DNA of 64,000 bases from Azolla caroliniana (taxonomy: Eukaryota > Plantae > Polypodiophyta), in contig JBHGNT010000018.1 of NCBI GenBank assembly GCA_043228905.1, positions 16,616,001-16,680,000 on the forward strand, read 5' to 3'. The notes beneath the pieces were generated by a model, which worked only from the letters and a program-made list of their open reading frames with translations, was not told where the DNA came from and ran no database searches. Made by a program: the position numbers and the translations under genes. Shown piece after piece: positions 1 through 11,229 of the stretch; position 1 is the stretch's first letter; each line of letters begins with the position of its first letter.

Positions 1-580
1 TCTACACTTAGGGGCCACTACTGTGCATTCCAAGCATCATCAAAGAGCTGTTCAATCTGACGGGGTTCTCTTCTCTGTGCCACACTACACTCAGGGGCCG
101 CTACTGTGCGTTCCAAGCATCATCAAAGAGCTGTTCAATCTGACGGGGTTCTCTTCTCTGTGCCACTCTACACCCAGGGGCCGCTACTGTGCGTTCCAAG
201 CATCATCAAAGAGCTGTTCAATCTGACGGGGTTCTCTTCTCTATGCCACTCTACACTCAGGGGCCACTACTGTGCGTTCCAAGCATCATCAAAGAGCTGT
301 TCAATCTGACGGGGTTCTCTTCTCTTTGCCACTCTACACTCAGGGGCCGCTACTGTGCGTTCCAAGCATCATCAAAGAGCCGTTCAATCTGATGGGGTTC
401 TCTTCTCTGTGCCACTCTACACTCAGGGGCCACTACTGTGCGTTCCAAGCATCATTGATAACTGTTCAATCTGACAGGGTTCTCTTCTTTGTGCCACTCT
501 ACTCTCAGGTGCCTTCTATGTGCGTTCCAAGCATCATCGGTAACTGTTCAATCTGACGGGGTTCTCTCCTCCATTGCCAT
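1..580. repeat. 83-bp tandem repeat, about 7 copies, decaying toward about 760; probable subterminal repeat of the DNA transposon
   Basis: Unit TCTACACTCAGGGGCCACTACTGTGCGTTCCAAGCATCATCAAAGAGCTGTTCAATCTGACGGGGTTCTCTTCTCTGTGCCAC; near-identical ORFs start at 23, 106, 189, 272 (83-bp period). Confidence 0.95.
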
Positions 581-896
581 CATTCTATACTCAGTTGCCG
601 CTACTGTCCAGTCCCGGATTGCTTCCACATTTCGATTTGACGGAGTTCACTCATCCAACGGCAACATTCTACACTCAGTTGTCGCCATTGGTCGGTCTTG
701 GATCGCCTCCTCAACTGTTCGATCTAACGGAGTGAACTCTACTGTTCGGTCTTGGATTGCAATAATTTTTCTGTCTATTGATTATCTTGTGTATTGTTGT
801 GTCTAATCTTGTGTATTGTGGAATATTTTTGTGTATTGTTGTTGCCCATAGCCATCTTAAATACTTGTTTTTTTTCTGGAAATTTAGGGTTTTAAC

Positions 897-3800
897 ATGT
901 CCAGCCAAATGGAAGGGGGAGAAGGGTGTTTAGAATTACCCCTCAATGATCATAAGGATAGGGATGATGCTATCAGGACACAACAAGCCATACGAAACTA
1001 TTGGGCAGAAAAAAAAAGGAAACATCGTCAATTGTTGAAGGATACGAAAGCCACACTCAGTAAAGGTAAGGATAGTTTAGTTGAGAATGTAAGTAATGCG
1101 ACTACCATCATAGAGAGAAAGGTTGTAGACTATTTCAATGTTCAAACCAAGCACATCAGCAATGAAGAAAAGAAGGTAGTACTTTATGGAATATGTAATG
1201 ATCCATCGATAAAGGACTTAGTTGATTGTGATGGTCTTAATGCAAACATATCATCTATTTTAGTAAATAATCTTCATAATAGTTTCGTATCCATGAGCAG
1301 GTTAGAAGATGATCTTGTCTTAAAAAGGTCTAGTCTAATGATGTTACTTAATAGTGATGTTGACGATATAAACATCAGTGAGCTATCTAAGGTAATTGGT
1401 GTTAGTAGAAAAACAGTGTACAATACAATGAACCGTATAATTTCCTCGGGTGAAGGAACTAGTCTACTAAAGCTAACTACAAGATGTAAGCCAATGACAC
1501 CCATAACATTTGAAATCAAGGATGTAATCACAATGTTTTGGACTAATGAGAGTAGGGTTTCACCCAATAAAAAGGATTTATGCAGGAAACGTGTTGGAAG
1601 AAATCAATACGAGGAGCATCCCATTCATCTTCTTGATGTACCTCAGGTATTTACATTTATCTCAACATTTGTTTTGACTCTACACGGAAAGTTAATTAGC
1701 TCAGTTAGCAGAAAAGCTAATTAGCTTATCAGTTACATTTACCTCAATTAGCTACTAGGATAGCTACTACATAGGTAACTGGCTACTCTCAATAGCTACT
1801 ACCATGATAGCTAATTAGCTATTCTCAATAGCTAATTTAGGTACTACCAGATAATTAGCTGTACTGGTAGCTAGTTAGCTATCATGGTAGCTAGTTAGCT
1901 ATTTCGTTATTACTAGCTAATTAGCTACTAGGAAAGCTAATTAGCTACCATGATAGCTAATTAGCTTACTAGGACAGCTAATTAGCCACCGTGATAGCTA
2001 ATTAGCTACTAGACCAACTAATTTGCTACCATGATAGCTAATTAGTTAGGATAGCTAATTAGCCACCATTATAGCTAAATAGGTACTAGACCAACTAATT
2101 AGCTACCATGATAGCTAATTAGCTACTAGACTAGCTAATTAGCTACTAGACTAGCTAATTAGCTACTAGACTAGCTAATTAGCCAAGATGATAGCTAATT
2201 AGCTACTAGACCAGCTAATTAGCTACCATGATAGCTAATTAGTTACTAGGAAAGCTAATTAGCCACCATGATAGCTAATTAGCTACTAGACCAACTAATT
2301 AGCTACCATGATAGCTAATTAGCTACTAGGAAAGCTAATTAATTAGCCACCATGATAGCTAATTAGCTACTAGACCAGCTAATTAGCCACCATGATAGCT
2401 AATTAGCTACTAGACCAGCTAATTAGCTACCATGATAGCTAATTAGCTACTAGGAAAGCTAATTAGCCACCATGATAGCTAATTAGCTACTAGGATAGCT
2501 AATTAGCTACCATGATAGCTAATTAGCTACTAGAATAGCTAATAAGCTGCTAGAATAGCTAATTAGCTACTAGAATAGCTACTAGGATAGTTAGTTAGTT
2601 ACGAGAATAACTAATTCCCCTTTATTACGCAGGTCGATTTATTTATTAGGTTCAAACGAATGCATCCAACTATCAAAGTTCAACTACAAACATTCAAGTC
2701 TCTTAAGCCACACTTTGTGAGACGCTTAAAGGATCGATACACATGTTGTTGCATTTACCATGTATAGATGGGTTTTCTGAAGGACTCTGTTAATCTACTA
2801 CGTCACCATAGTGCATCCCTAACTAATACAGTTTGCACATGTGGGTGCCCAATCTGTCGATCAAGCCCGCAAGAGGAGTGTAAATCATCTGAGCACGTTA
2901 TCTCTTCCATGAGTTATTTATTAGATTCAATATTGTGTCCGAGAGAAACTGACGCTATCTTCCATATTCATAAATGTGTCATGGGTTTATGTCAAGATTT
3001 TGGCCCTACTAGATTTAGGTGGTGTCCAAATGAATTGAGTAGTGAAATATTGATCTCTGTGAAGTTCTTTGAGTCAGTGAACACCAATTTCGAAGGAAAG
3101 GTGTGTAAAAGAAAGGATCTAGTTCGGAAGATGCTTAAACCAAGGGATTTGGTGTCTCTGTTTGTAGTATCTCTAGGAAAGTTCATTAAACACAACTTCA
3201 TTTATTCATGGCAGGCCCATCAGTTTAAGACTTGCATATCTGATTTCCCAAATGATGTAGTAGTCTCAGTAGTAGATTTCGCAGAGAATTATACTTTCAA
3301 GCAGCAGAATGAAATTCAATCTATGCATTGGTGTTCAGTTCAGGTAACCATTTTTGTGCATATAACATATTTTCGAGTTTCAGGTGATGTTAAAAAAGTA
3401 ATTCATTTCTTTATTTCTGATGATAAGAAGCATGATATCTTGTTCGTCCAACACTGTTTTAAGTTACATTGGCAGTGGTTATTAACTCAACGTTTGGAGC
3501 TTACTCAACATTGGGTCTGGTCTGATGGAGCTGCGTCACAATTCAAGGCTCGACGTCCATTTTATTTTGTGGGGAGGTATCCTGCGATAACAGGTTTGGA
3601 GATGAGATGGAATTTTTTTGGGTCTGGCCATGGTAAAGGTGAACATGATGGTGCAGGGGCTGTTATAAAGCGGGCACTTGCCCATGAACAACTAAAGACA
3701 GATGGTGTGCACATGAATTGTGCATCACATGTAGTTGAATTTTTAAGAACAAATATGTCAACGAGTGCAACAGGTGTTTATTCCTCGCAAGTACGAGATA

Positions 3801-4474
3801 TCAAACGTGAATTTTGGGAAGTGAAGATAGATGAAGTAAATAGGGAGAAGACCTGGGAGTGCCAAGGAATTCCCGAATTGCGATCTCTGCATGCTGTTCG
3901 CGGTTATTCCAGGTTGGATGGTCATTGTATTGCGGTTAGGGAATTGACTTGTTTTTGCTTCCATTGTGTGCAGGGAAATTGGAGATATTGTCTAAACAAA
4001 GCATACATTCAAAATTGGGAGTATCACACTCTGAATGATAAGGAAGCAGTTGATGGAGAAACAGGGCAGAATGCTGACTTCACATATGAGGGACTTGGAG
4101 ATACTTTGAGTGATGTCCTGAACGTTGGGGATAACTTCGCTGTAAATGCTGAAGAAGGCAATTCAGAGGGTGCTGATTTCTATATATTAAAGTGCACGGT
4201 TAGTAAACAATGTGCAAGGCTGAATATTGTAGATGCATGGGGAAATTTTGTATCTGCCGGGACATTCTACATCGAAGGCATTTTTTATGCAAAACTAGAT
4301 GACTACGAATATGTGTACAGGCTGTTAGAAGACCAACCAATGGCGTACATGTACTCTCATTTGGTCAGGTGCATCAACGTCCCAATGTCAGAATACAATA
4401 GCTGCTCAGGTTTATACACTGTTGGTGCTAATGTGTATGAATGTATTTATAATAGTATGCCATGGAATTTGTAG
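897..4474 (+). pseudogene. Two-exon DDD transposase, Sola2-like (exons 897-1646 and 2633-4474), one in-frame TAG at 2765-2767
   Basis: Donor CAG|GTATTT at 1646/1647 and acceptor CTAAT...TACGCAG| at 2632 give a phase-0 join: HPIHLLDVPQ|VDLFIRFKRMHPTIKVQLQTFKSLKPHFVRRLKDRYTCCCIYHV*MGF. Core motifs DFAENY..QSMHW, WSDGAASQFK and FFGSGHGKGEHDGAGAVIKR resemble Sola2-type transposases as I recall them. Confidence 0.75.
1690..2615. repeat. Intronic array of the 14-bp palindrome TAGCTAATTAGCTA (about 20-21 bp units)
   Basis: Dozens of (GA)TAGCTAATTAGCTA(CCATGA/CTAGGA/CTAGAC) units inside intron 1647-2632. Confidence 0.95.
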
Positions 4475-4822
4475 CTACAAGTAGCACTTACCATGTTCTC
4501 TTGTAAAACAAACATGTATTTCGCGAAAACAGTTAAATAAATTCGTTTGAGAATCAATTTCTTGTATACAGTCTGCTTTCTGTGCTTCTTTCTCAATAAA
4601 ATCATGTCTTTTTTGTTAAGTTTTAAGTTATAAGTTATAGCGAAATAGTCATCAGTAGCTAATTAGCTGTACAAATGCAGCTAATTAGCTGTTAATAGCT
4701 AATTAGTCATCAATAGCATGAAATCAACAATCTGCAACATATTCCTCAAATTACACAGTAGATAAGTACAGTGGGAACAAGTAATTAAATTCTTCATTGA
4801 ATAATGTCATCTCTTTACATAT

Positions 4823-7800
4823 TTATAAATTACCATTGGAAATGTCTACAAATCTCCTATAAACAGCTAAGCTCTTGCTAGTCAGTGGAATGAGTCTACA
4901 TATATTATCCGCATATCGAGCTCGGGATGGAGTCCACAACCATGCACCTAGTTGGCAGCTCAATGTTTGCACCAGGTACTGTTCAGGCATTTCCTCGGGT
5001 AGAATGAGACAACATCTCCGAATATTGAAGTAGTGCCGGAAATGTTATGTATCCAAAATCAATGTATTGTCGGCATTATATTCAGGCCAAGTAGCCCAAA
5101 AATCAGAAAGTCTCTTGAATCTTGCAGCTTCCATTTGCTCACAATTTTCTCGTGACCATTGACCTTTAAAACAACTTCGCCATTTTGGGAAGAATCTTGC
5201 CAAACACTTCCACACATCTAATTTTGGTTTTTCACTCCAAATAAACAAATCAAAGTATTGCACAACCCACTCTAGAAACTGATTCGCGTCCCTCCTTGGT
5301 TGCATATATCTCACACTCATCAAGACTTTATCAAGCTCCAAGATCAAGGCTCTTCTTTCGACTTCTAGTGGTTTAGGTTTCCATTCCTGAAACTGAGCCG
5401 CTGTTACACCATTTTCTGGTAAGATACGATCAATCTCAATCAGTTCAGGTTCGGCTGACATAACTGGCGTCATTTTCCTCTTCAAACCCCTAGTCGACTG
5501 TGTTGGGCCTGGCTTCACATTCTGGTGCTCTTGTTTTGTCGACTTAGTTATCAATCCTTGGATTACCTCGGTGCATGTAGCTACTGATCTGCTCGATATC
5601 AGTCCAGTGGTATCACATGCTGCATCTACCTGCAACACCAAGTCATCCGTGCAACATGCTTGATCAACTTGTGTGACCAGATCACTTGTGTCAGTTGCTA
5701 CATCTACTTTCAAGATGGGGCCCTTTAAACATGCCGCAACATCAACAGTATCCACACTGCCATTGGCCTTACGAGCAATAGAATCAAACCCTTTAGACTC
5801 TGCAACATCAGAAAACACCAACATATTCACACTCACAAAGTAACTAACAGTCTCACAAAACAACATCTTGAACATCAAAGAGTTTTAGTCATAGAACAAC
5901 ACTCTTCAAATTATCTTGGAAAAACATCATAGAGTTCCATTACATAATGTGGATCAAGCAACAACCAATCTGAGGTTTTACTTGTCCAACAGGATAGTAA
6001 AACTTCATAAAACCCTAGCAAAATCCCTACGCTAACAATCATATCCAACTAAACAATATTTCGCTCCACTACGTCTGGGCCCCTTGACCGAGTAACTGGT
6101 CTTGTTCCTGATCGTGGCCCCTTCTTCAACCTTTTTCTGATCGGTTCCCCATTTAGCCTTGCTTCTTTCACCCAATGCGCAAGTGTGTCCTCCTCCGACA
6201 ACCTTCCCATCGCCTCAACAACTAATTGCACATCAGCCGTTTCTTGAACTAGCTTTTCAAGTACAGAGGGATCTGTTTGGACATTTTCAGTAGTTGGGCT
6301 CGGTGGGGTGGAATCAAGGTCTTGAGATTCGAAGAAATGTTGCATCAAGTGTTCATAAACACTGTTGTTGTGAACCTCAGTTTTACATGTTGTTTCCACT
6401 ATTTCATGGCATTTCACATCGTTGCCTAATTCAGTACAGTGTTCCAAAAGAATAGGGTGGAGCTGATCTGAAGGAGATGTGATAGCAGGACTCTTACTTT
6501 CAGCCACGTTGGCAGCAGTATCCTCATCTGTTGCAGCGTCATCAGCACCAGACACATCATGTGCCGTCCTTAATCCACAAGATTCTACAATAACATGGTA
6601 GCTATTTAGGATAGCTAATTAGCTACTTTACTAAACTATGGTAGAAGCTAGGATAGCTAATTAGCTAGTATGATAGCTAATTAGCTACTTTACTCAACTA
6701 TGGTAGTAGCTAGGATAGCTAATTAGCTACTATGGTAGCTAATTAGCTACTTTACTCAACTATGGTAGTATCTAGGATAGCTAATTAGCTACTTTACTCA
6801 ACTATGGTAGTAGCTAGGATAGCTAATTAGCTACTTTACTCACTATGGTAGTAGCTAGGATAGCTAATTAGCTACTTTACTAACTATGGTAGTAGCTAGG
6901 ATAGCTAATTAGCTACTAGGATAGCTAATTAGCTACAATGATAACTAATTAGCTACTTTCTCAACTATGTAGTAGCTAGGATAGCTAATTAGCTACTAGG
7001 ATAGCTAATTAGCTACAATGATAGCTAATTAGCTACTTTCTCAACTATGTAGTAGCTAGGATAGCTTATTAGCTACTAGGATAACTAATTAGCTGCCAGT
7101 AGCTAATTAGCTACTAGGATAGCTTATTAGCTACTTTACACAACTATGGCAGTAGCTAATTAGCTACTATGATAGCTAATTAGCTAATAGGATAGCTAAT
7201 TAGTTGCCAGTAGCTAATTAGCTAGTAGGATAGCTAATTAGTTGCCAGTAGCTAATTAGCTAGTAGGATAGCTAATTAGCTTTTTTACACAACTATGGTA
7301 CTAGCTAATTAGCTAGTACCATAGCTAATTAGCTACTAGGATAGCTAATTAGCTGCTAGTAGCTAATTAGCTACTAGGATAGCTTATTAGCTACTTTATA
7401 CAACTATGGCAGTAGCTAATTAGCTAGTAGGATAGCTAATTAGCTTTTTTACACAACTATGGTACTAGCTAATTAGGTAGTAGCTCATTAGCTGCCAATA
7501 GCTAATTAGCTAGTAGGATATCTAATTAGCTACTTTACACAACTATGGTGCTAGCTAATTAGCTATGAGTAGCTAATTAGCTAGTAGCTAACTAGCTGGC
7601 ATTAGCTAATTAGCTGCTAGTAGGATAGCTAATTAGCTAGTAGCTAACTAGCTGCCACTTAGCTAATTAACTACTGTAGTAAACTATGGCAGTAGCTAAT
7701 TAACTAATAGGATAGCTATTAGCTGCTTTAATCAACTATGGTAGTAGCTAATTAGCTACAACGATAGCAGCAAAATAGTTTCCATACTTTTTACGGCTTA

Positions 7801-9168
7801 GCTAATTAGAAAAGACTAAGCTTATTAGCTACAGTATGGTATACCTGTTAGTTTTCTCCACTCATTTGGTAGAGTTGTACTGCAATCTCCCAAACAGAAT
7901 GCAGCAATTCGACAGGCATGTTGAAAACAAAGCAGATGGTATGTGTGGTTGCATGGTTGTAGGTGAACCAACAAAGACGCAGTTTTGTCCTCCACACCTA
8001 ACCCGCAAGCGATGCAACGTGCTTGAACTGTCAATAAATCATTTTCTGGTTTTGCTTCATTTGGTAAGGGAGCAAGAATGTTCAGGTCCAAATCCTGTCT
8101 GGTCCTTACCATTCCCTCCACAAAATGTAGCTGCTTCTTAAGGCAGCTAACTACCTGTTCTTAATGAATGTATTGTTCCTTCAACGCAACAGAGAAATTT
8201 ACCGATTAATTATTCCTGTTGTTGAAAGATACACCAACTTTGCTTAGGAATCGTTAACTTACTTGAAGCTTATCCAAATTGTAATCTGCAATAGTATTTA
8301 CACCTAGAAGGTCCAGGTTCATTGAAAGAACCTGGATCTCTATTTGCAGTTGTATTTTACGCTGGGGATCCAGTGGCCCCTCTAATTCAAGCTCCTGTTG
8401 CGCAACCTATTCCAGATAATGCTTGATTAGCACATTTTACCCTTAAAGTTATTTATAACACAATCACATACCAACAAAACAATAGTTACCTGAATCTTAT
8501 TTCTAATCGTTGTAACAACGGAAGTAACTTTGCTCTCCATTGCAGAAGCCATTGTGGCTTTCTCTAACTCAGTCTTAAAACATGTCAATGTCTCACAGGC
8601 TTCATGGACATTTTTTAGCATATAGCTAACCAATGTCTCACCTATATCATCGACATTGGCTTTCCTTGGGTGTCGGTGTGCCCCGGTCTTGCTGGGAGTC
8701 GGCAGTTGCATCAACAACTGCCATGCTCCAAAATCTGTCTATTTTTTGTGCCAAGGTCCCCATCTTTCGGCATCTTTTTATTAATGCCTCACCATAGACT
8801 GCCCAAGCTACCCTATACATTTGAGGGTCTCTGGATCCCTTCGCTATTTTGCAGTACTCATATGCAAATGCTCTAGCAAATGAAACTGACAACTCATTGT
8901 TGACTGGGATCTCCTGATAAACTTTCTGGTGCAGTCTCATGCAGTCATCGTACAAGTCGGCTCGGCTCGTACATGCTTCAGCTTGACCTTGCCTTTGACT
9001 CTTGGCATTGTATATACTGTCATCCAGTCCACATCACTGATCAATTTATCACTTAGGACAGTAGGGTCAACACCCTTGAGTGACAGACCATAGGTGTTGT
9101 GGAAGTCCTCCTTTGTCTCGCAAAATTTTGCGAAGTTTAGCACTCTCGTATACGGAGGAACGAGCCAT
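4823..9168 (-). pseudogene. Multi-exon accessory gene: uncharacterised N-terminal domain, helical region, RING finger, acidic linker, degenerate FCP1/SCP-like HAD phosphatase domain
   Basis: Frame-preserving GT-AG junctions: exons about 8490-9168 (two apparent frameshifts), 8263-8406, 7845-8154, about 6070-6584, 4823-about 5799 (the last intron's boundaries are uncertain). RING: CIAC...LQPCNHTYHLLC...CLGDC. FCP1-like: LILELDKVL..FLEWVVQYFDLFIWS..WSRENC..KRLSDFW..YNADNTLILD. The frame continues past TAA 5045 to a stop at 4823. Further 5' exons are likely near 9807-10064. Confidence 0.7.
6595..7830. repeat. Intronic TAGCTAATTAGCTA palindrome array (intron 6585-7844 of the accessory gene)
   Basis: Same motif as in the transposase intron, with spacers such as CTTTACTCAACTATGGTAG; minus-strand donor ACAG|GTATAC at 7845/7844 and acceptor TTGTAG| at 6585. 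Confidence 0.95.
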
Positions 9169-9269
9169 CTGAAATATCATTTCAGAAATAAAAAATAGTG
9201 CAAAATCAGAATATGTGAGAATCAAAAACCCCAATCAACAACAACAAAAATGGTGCAAAATCTTTAACT

Positions 9270-9760
9270 TAGCAAATCAGAAACCCTAATCATAATTTGT
9301 ATTCAGAAATTTGAAATCAGAAACCCTAATCAAAATCTGTAATCAGAAGTTTGAAATCAGAAACGCTAATCAAAATCTGTAATCAGAAGTTTGTAGCCAG
9401 AAACCCTATTTAGAAATTCTAATCAGAAATTTATAATCAAAAACCCTAATCAGAAATTTCAATCAGAAACCCTAATCAGAAATTTTAATCACAAACCCTA
9501 ATCAGAAATCCTAAACAGAAATTTATAAACAAAAACCCTATTCAGAAATTCAAATCTGTAATCAAAATTTGTAACCAGAAACCCTATTCAGAAATTCTAA
9601 TCAGAAATTCTAATCAGAAATTTATAATAAAAAACCCTAATAAAAAATTTCAATCAAAAACCCTAATCAGAAATTTCAATCACAAACCCTAATCAGAAAT
9701 TCTAATCAGAAATTTATAAACAAAAACCCTAATCAGAAATTTCAATCAGAAACCCCAATC
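9270..9760. repeat. Tandem array of AATCAGAAACCCT / AATCAGAAATT units containing telo-box AAACCCTAA
   Basis: More than 10 AAACCCTA copies in a probable intron (9169-9806) of the accessory gene. Confidence 0.85.
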
Positions 9761-10780
9761 ATCACTAAAGACAGGATTAAACACAAAAAAAGTAATATAA
9801 ACACACCTGTTGCTACTCCCCGATTTGCGAGACATCCTTGTATGGGACTCCAAGGACTTCGCCCTATTTGATTTTGGGGAAATATGAATCGGCACCAAAG
9901 TTCAGACAGTAGTCAAAAAGAAAAAACAAATGTTTGGGGTTTCTGTAACTGAAACATACCTGGACGATGATCGAGCAGGTTCTGTGTTGTAGCTCTCAAT
10001 CTACAATGTCGATTTTCTGCTGTTGCGGGAGCTACGTCTGCGTCCGTGCTCTGAGTACTCCATTTGCGTTCAAAATCAGACTTAGGCTAAACAAGAAATT
10101 GATGACATTGAAGTCGACCTTAGATGATGGTGCTATTCCCCAAGTTCCACTACGACTGAAATAGAAGTTCAAATATTTGAGTTTTTTCATAAATTAGTTT
10201 TTCAAATATTTGATTTTCCCACAAAAAAGACTAGCTAAACAAATAGCTAATTAGCTATGGCCATTTTAGTAGCGAATTAGCTATAATAGTGTTTCCACTC
10301 GCATGCTTTTACCCATTAACCTTCATAGTTGTGCGCGAGCATCTTGGCTCGCTAAATGTGATTGAGCGATTGCACCAATCCACTATTGGATTGTGTGCCT
10401 CCAACCACGATAGTCCTAAGACGATCAGATGGGATGAGGTAAAAGGGGAGCTCCTCCATGTGGGAGCCCACATGAAGCCCTAATGGGATTGTAGTCTCAG
10501 TAATTGCTCTTGGCGGGAGGGCACACCCATCAATGGCTTCAATAGGAATGGGTTTTGAGAGGCACATGAAGGGTATCCCATGTGCTCGGGCGAATGCCAC
10601 ATCGATGAAGCAAGAAGACTCTCCAGAATCTAGTAAAGCGACAGACTGAATGGAACTAGAATTAAAAGAAAGACATACCTCCAATGTGACATTGCCTGAT
10701 GTTCTACCAATGAAACCACGAGAATGTGGATGACGGGAGAGGTCTAGTTGGGACCTCTCTCGATGTCATTTTCCGGATGT

Positions 10781-11229
10781 TGTCAGGAATAGTACTAAAC
10801 AAAGAGAGAATTAGTACTAGAGAAGAGAAGTACTATTAGTACTAAGAGGACGGGACTGCGTAAGATTCCTGAGAGAGGAAGAGAGAAGAGGAGAGAGAGA
10901 GAGAGATAGCGAGAATGGAGAGAGAGAGAAAGATGATGACAATAGCTAATATATTATGTGAAAGATAAGTACAAAAGTGGCTAAGAGGCTTAAGACCGAC
11001 GTTGAACCAATTTGGTTCAAAACAATGCCTTGTGCCTCCTTTTATAGTGTTTTTAGGAATAATCCTGAAGCTTCTAGAATGTTCCAGAGAGATCTGGAAC
11101 ATACATCAATTTTCTATGATAAAACATAAATGAAAATAATATCTTACAAATTACAATTCATAGTCTAATGGTAAGAGCTCGACCCATGTAGCATAAGGTC
11201 ATGGGTTCGAGTCTTGCCATATCATGACA
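10781..11229 (-). repeat. 3' LTR of element A
   Basis: TGTCAG...ATGACA; matches 23248-23693. Confidence 0.95.
11161..11214 (+). promoter_or_regulatory. tRNA-like Pol III A-box/B-box module in the LTR (second copy 23625-23678)
   Basis: A box TAGTCTAATGG(TA) and B box GGTTCGAGTCT at tRNA-like spacing (44 nt from T8 to G53 equivalents). Confidence 0.6.

Larger units (their letters stand above)
1..10290. mobile_element. Partial large DNA transposon (Sola2-like transposase plus convergent accessory gene); termini not visible
   Basis: Transposase gene, a second gene sharing the same intronic palindrome arrays, the same motif between the genes (about 4650-4715) and upstream of gene 2 (about 10230-10285), and flanking tandem repeats. 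No TIR or TSD seen. Confidence 0.6.

Noticed and set aside
1-580. CRISPR-like array or repeated small ORFs
   Set aside because: Units are contiguous with no unique spacers, no cas genes are present, and the context is eukaryotic; the ORFs are by-products of the 83-bp period.
2765-2767. Programmed readthrough or U-to-C editing of in-frame stops (also at 5045 and 31811)
   Set aside because: Simple C-to-T decay of CAG/CAA/CGA in methylated repeats explains them; plant U-to-C editing is organellar.
9807-10064. 5' exons of the accessory gene
   Set aside because: Plausible donors at 9807 and 9960, but I could not establish one consistent stop-free frame, so they are left out of the gene coordinates.
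11154-11226. Functional tRNA genes at the LTR A/B-box modules
   Set aside because: Acceptor, anticodon and T stems pair poorly; reported only as tRNA-like promoter modules.
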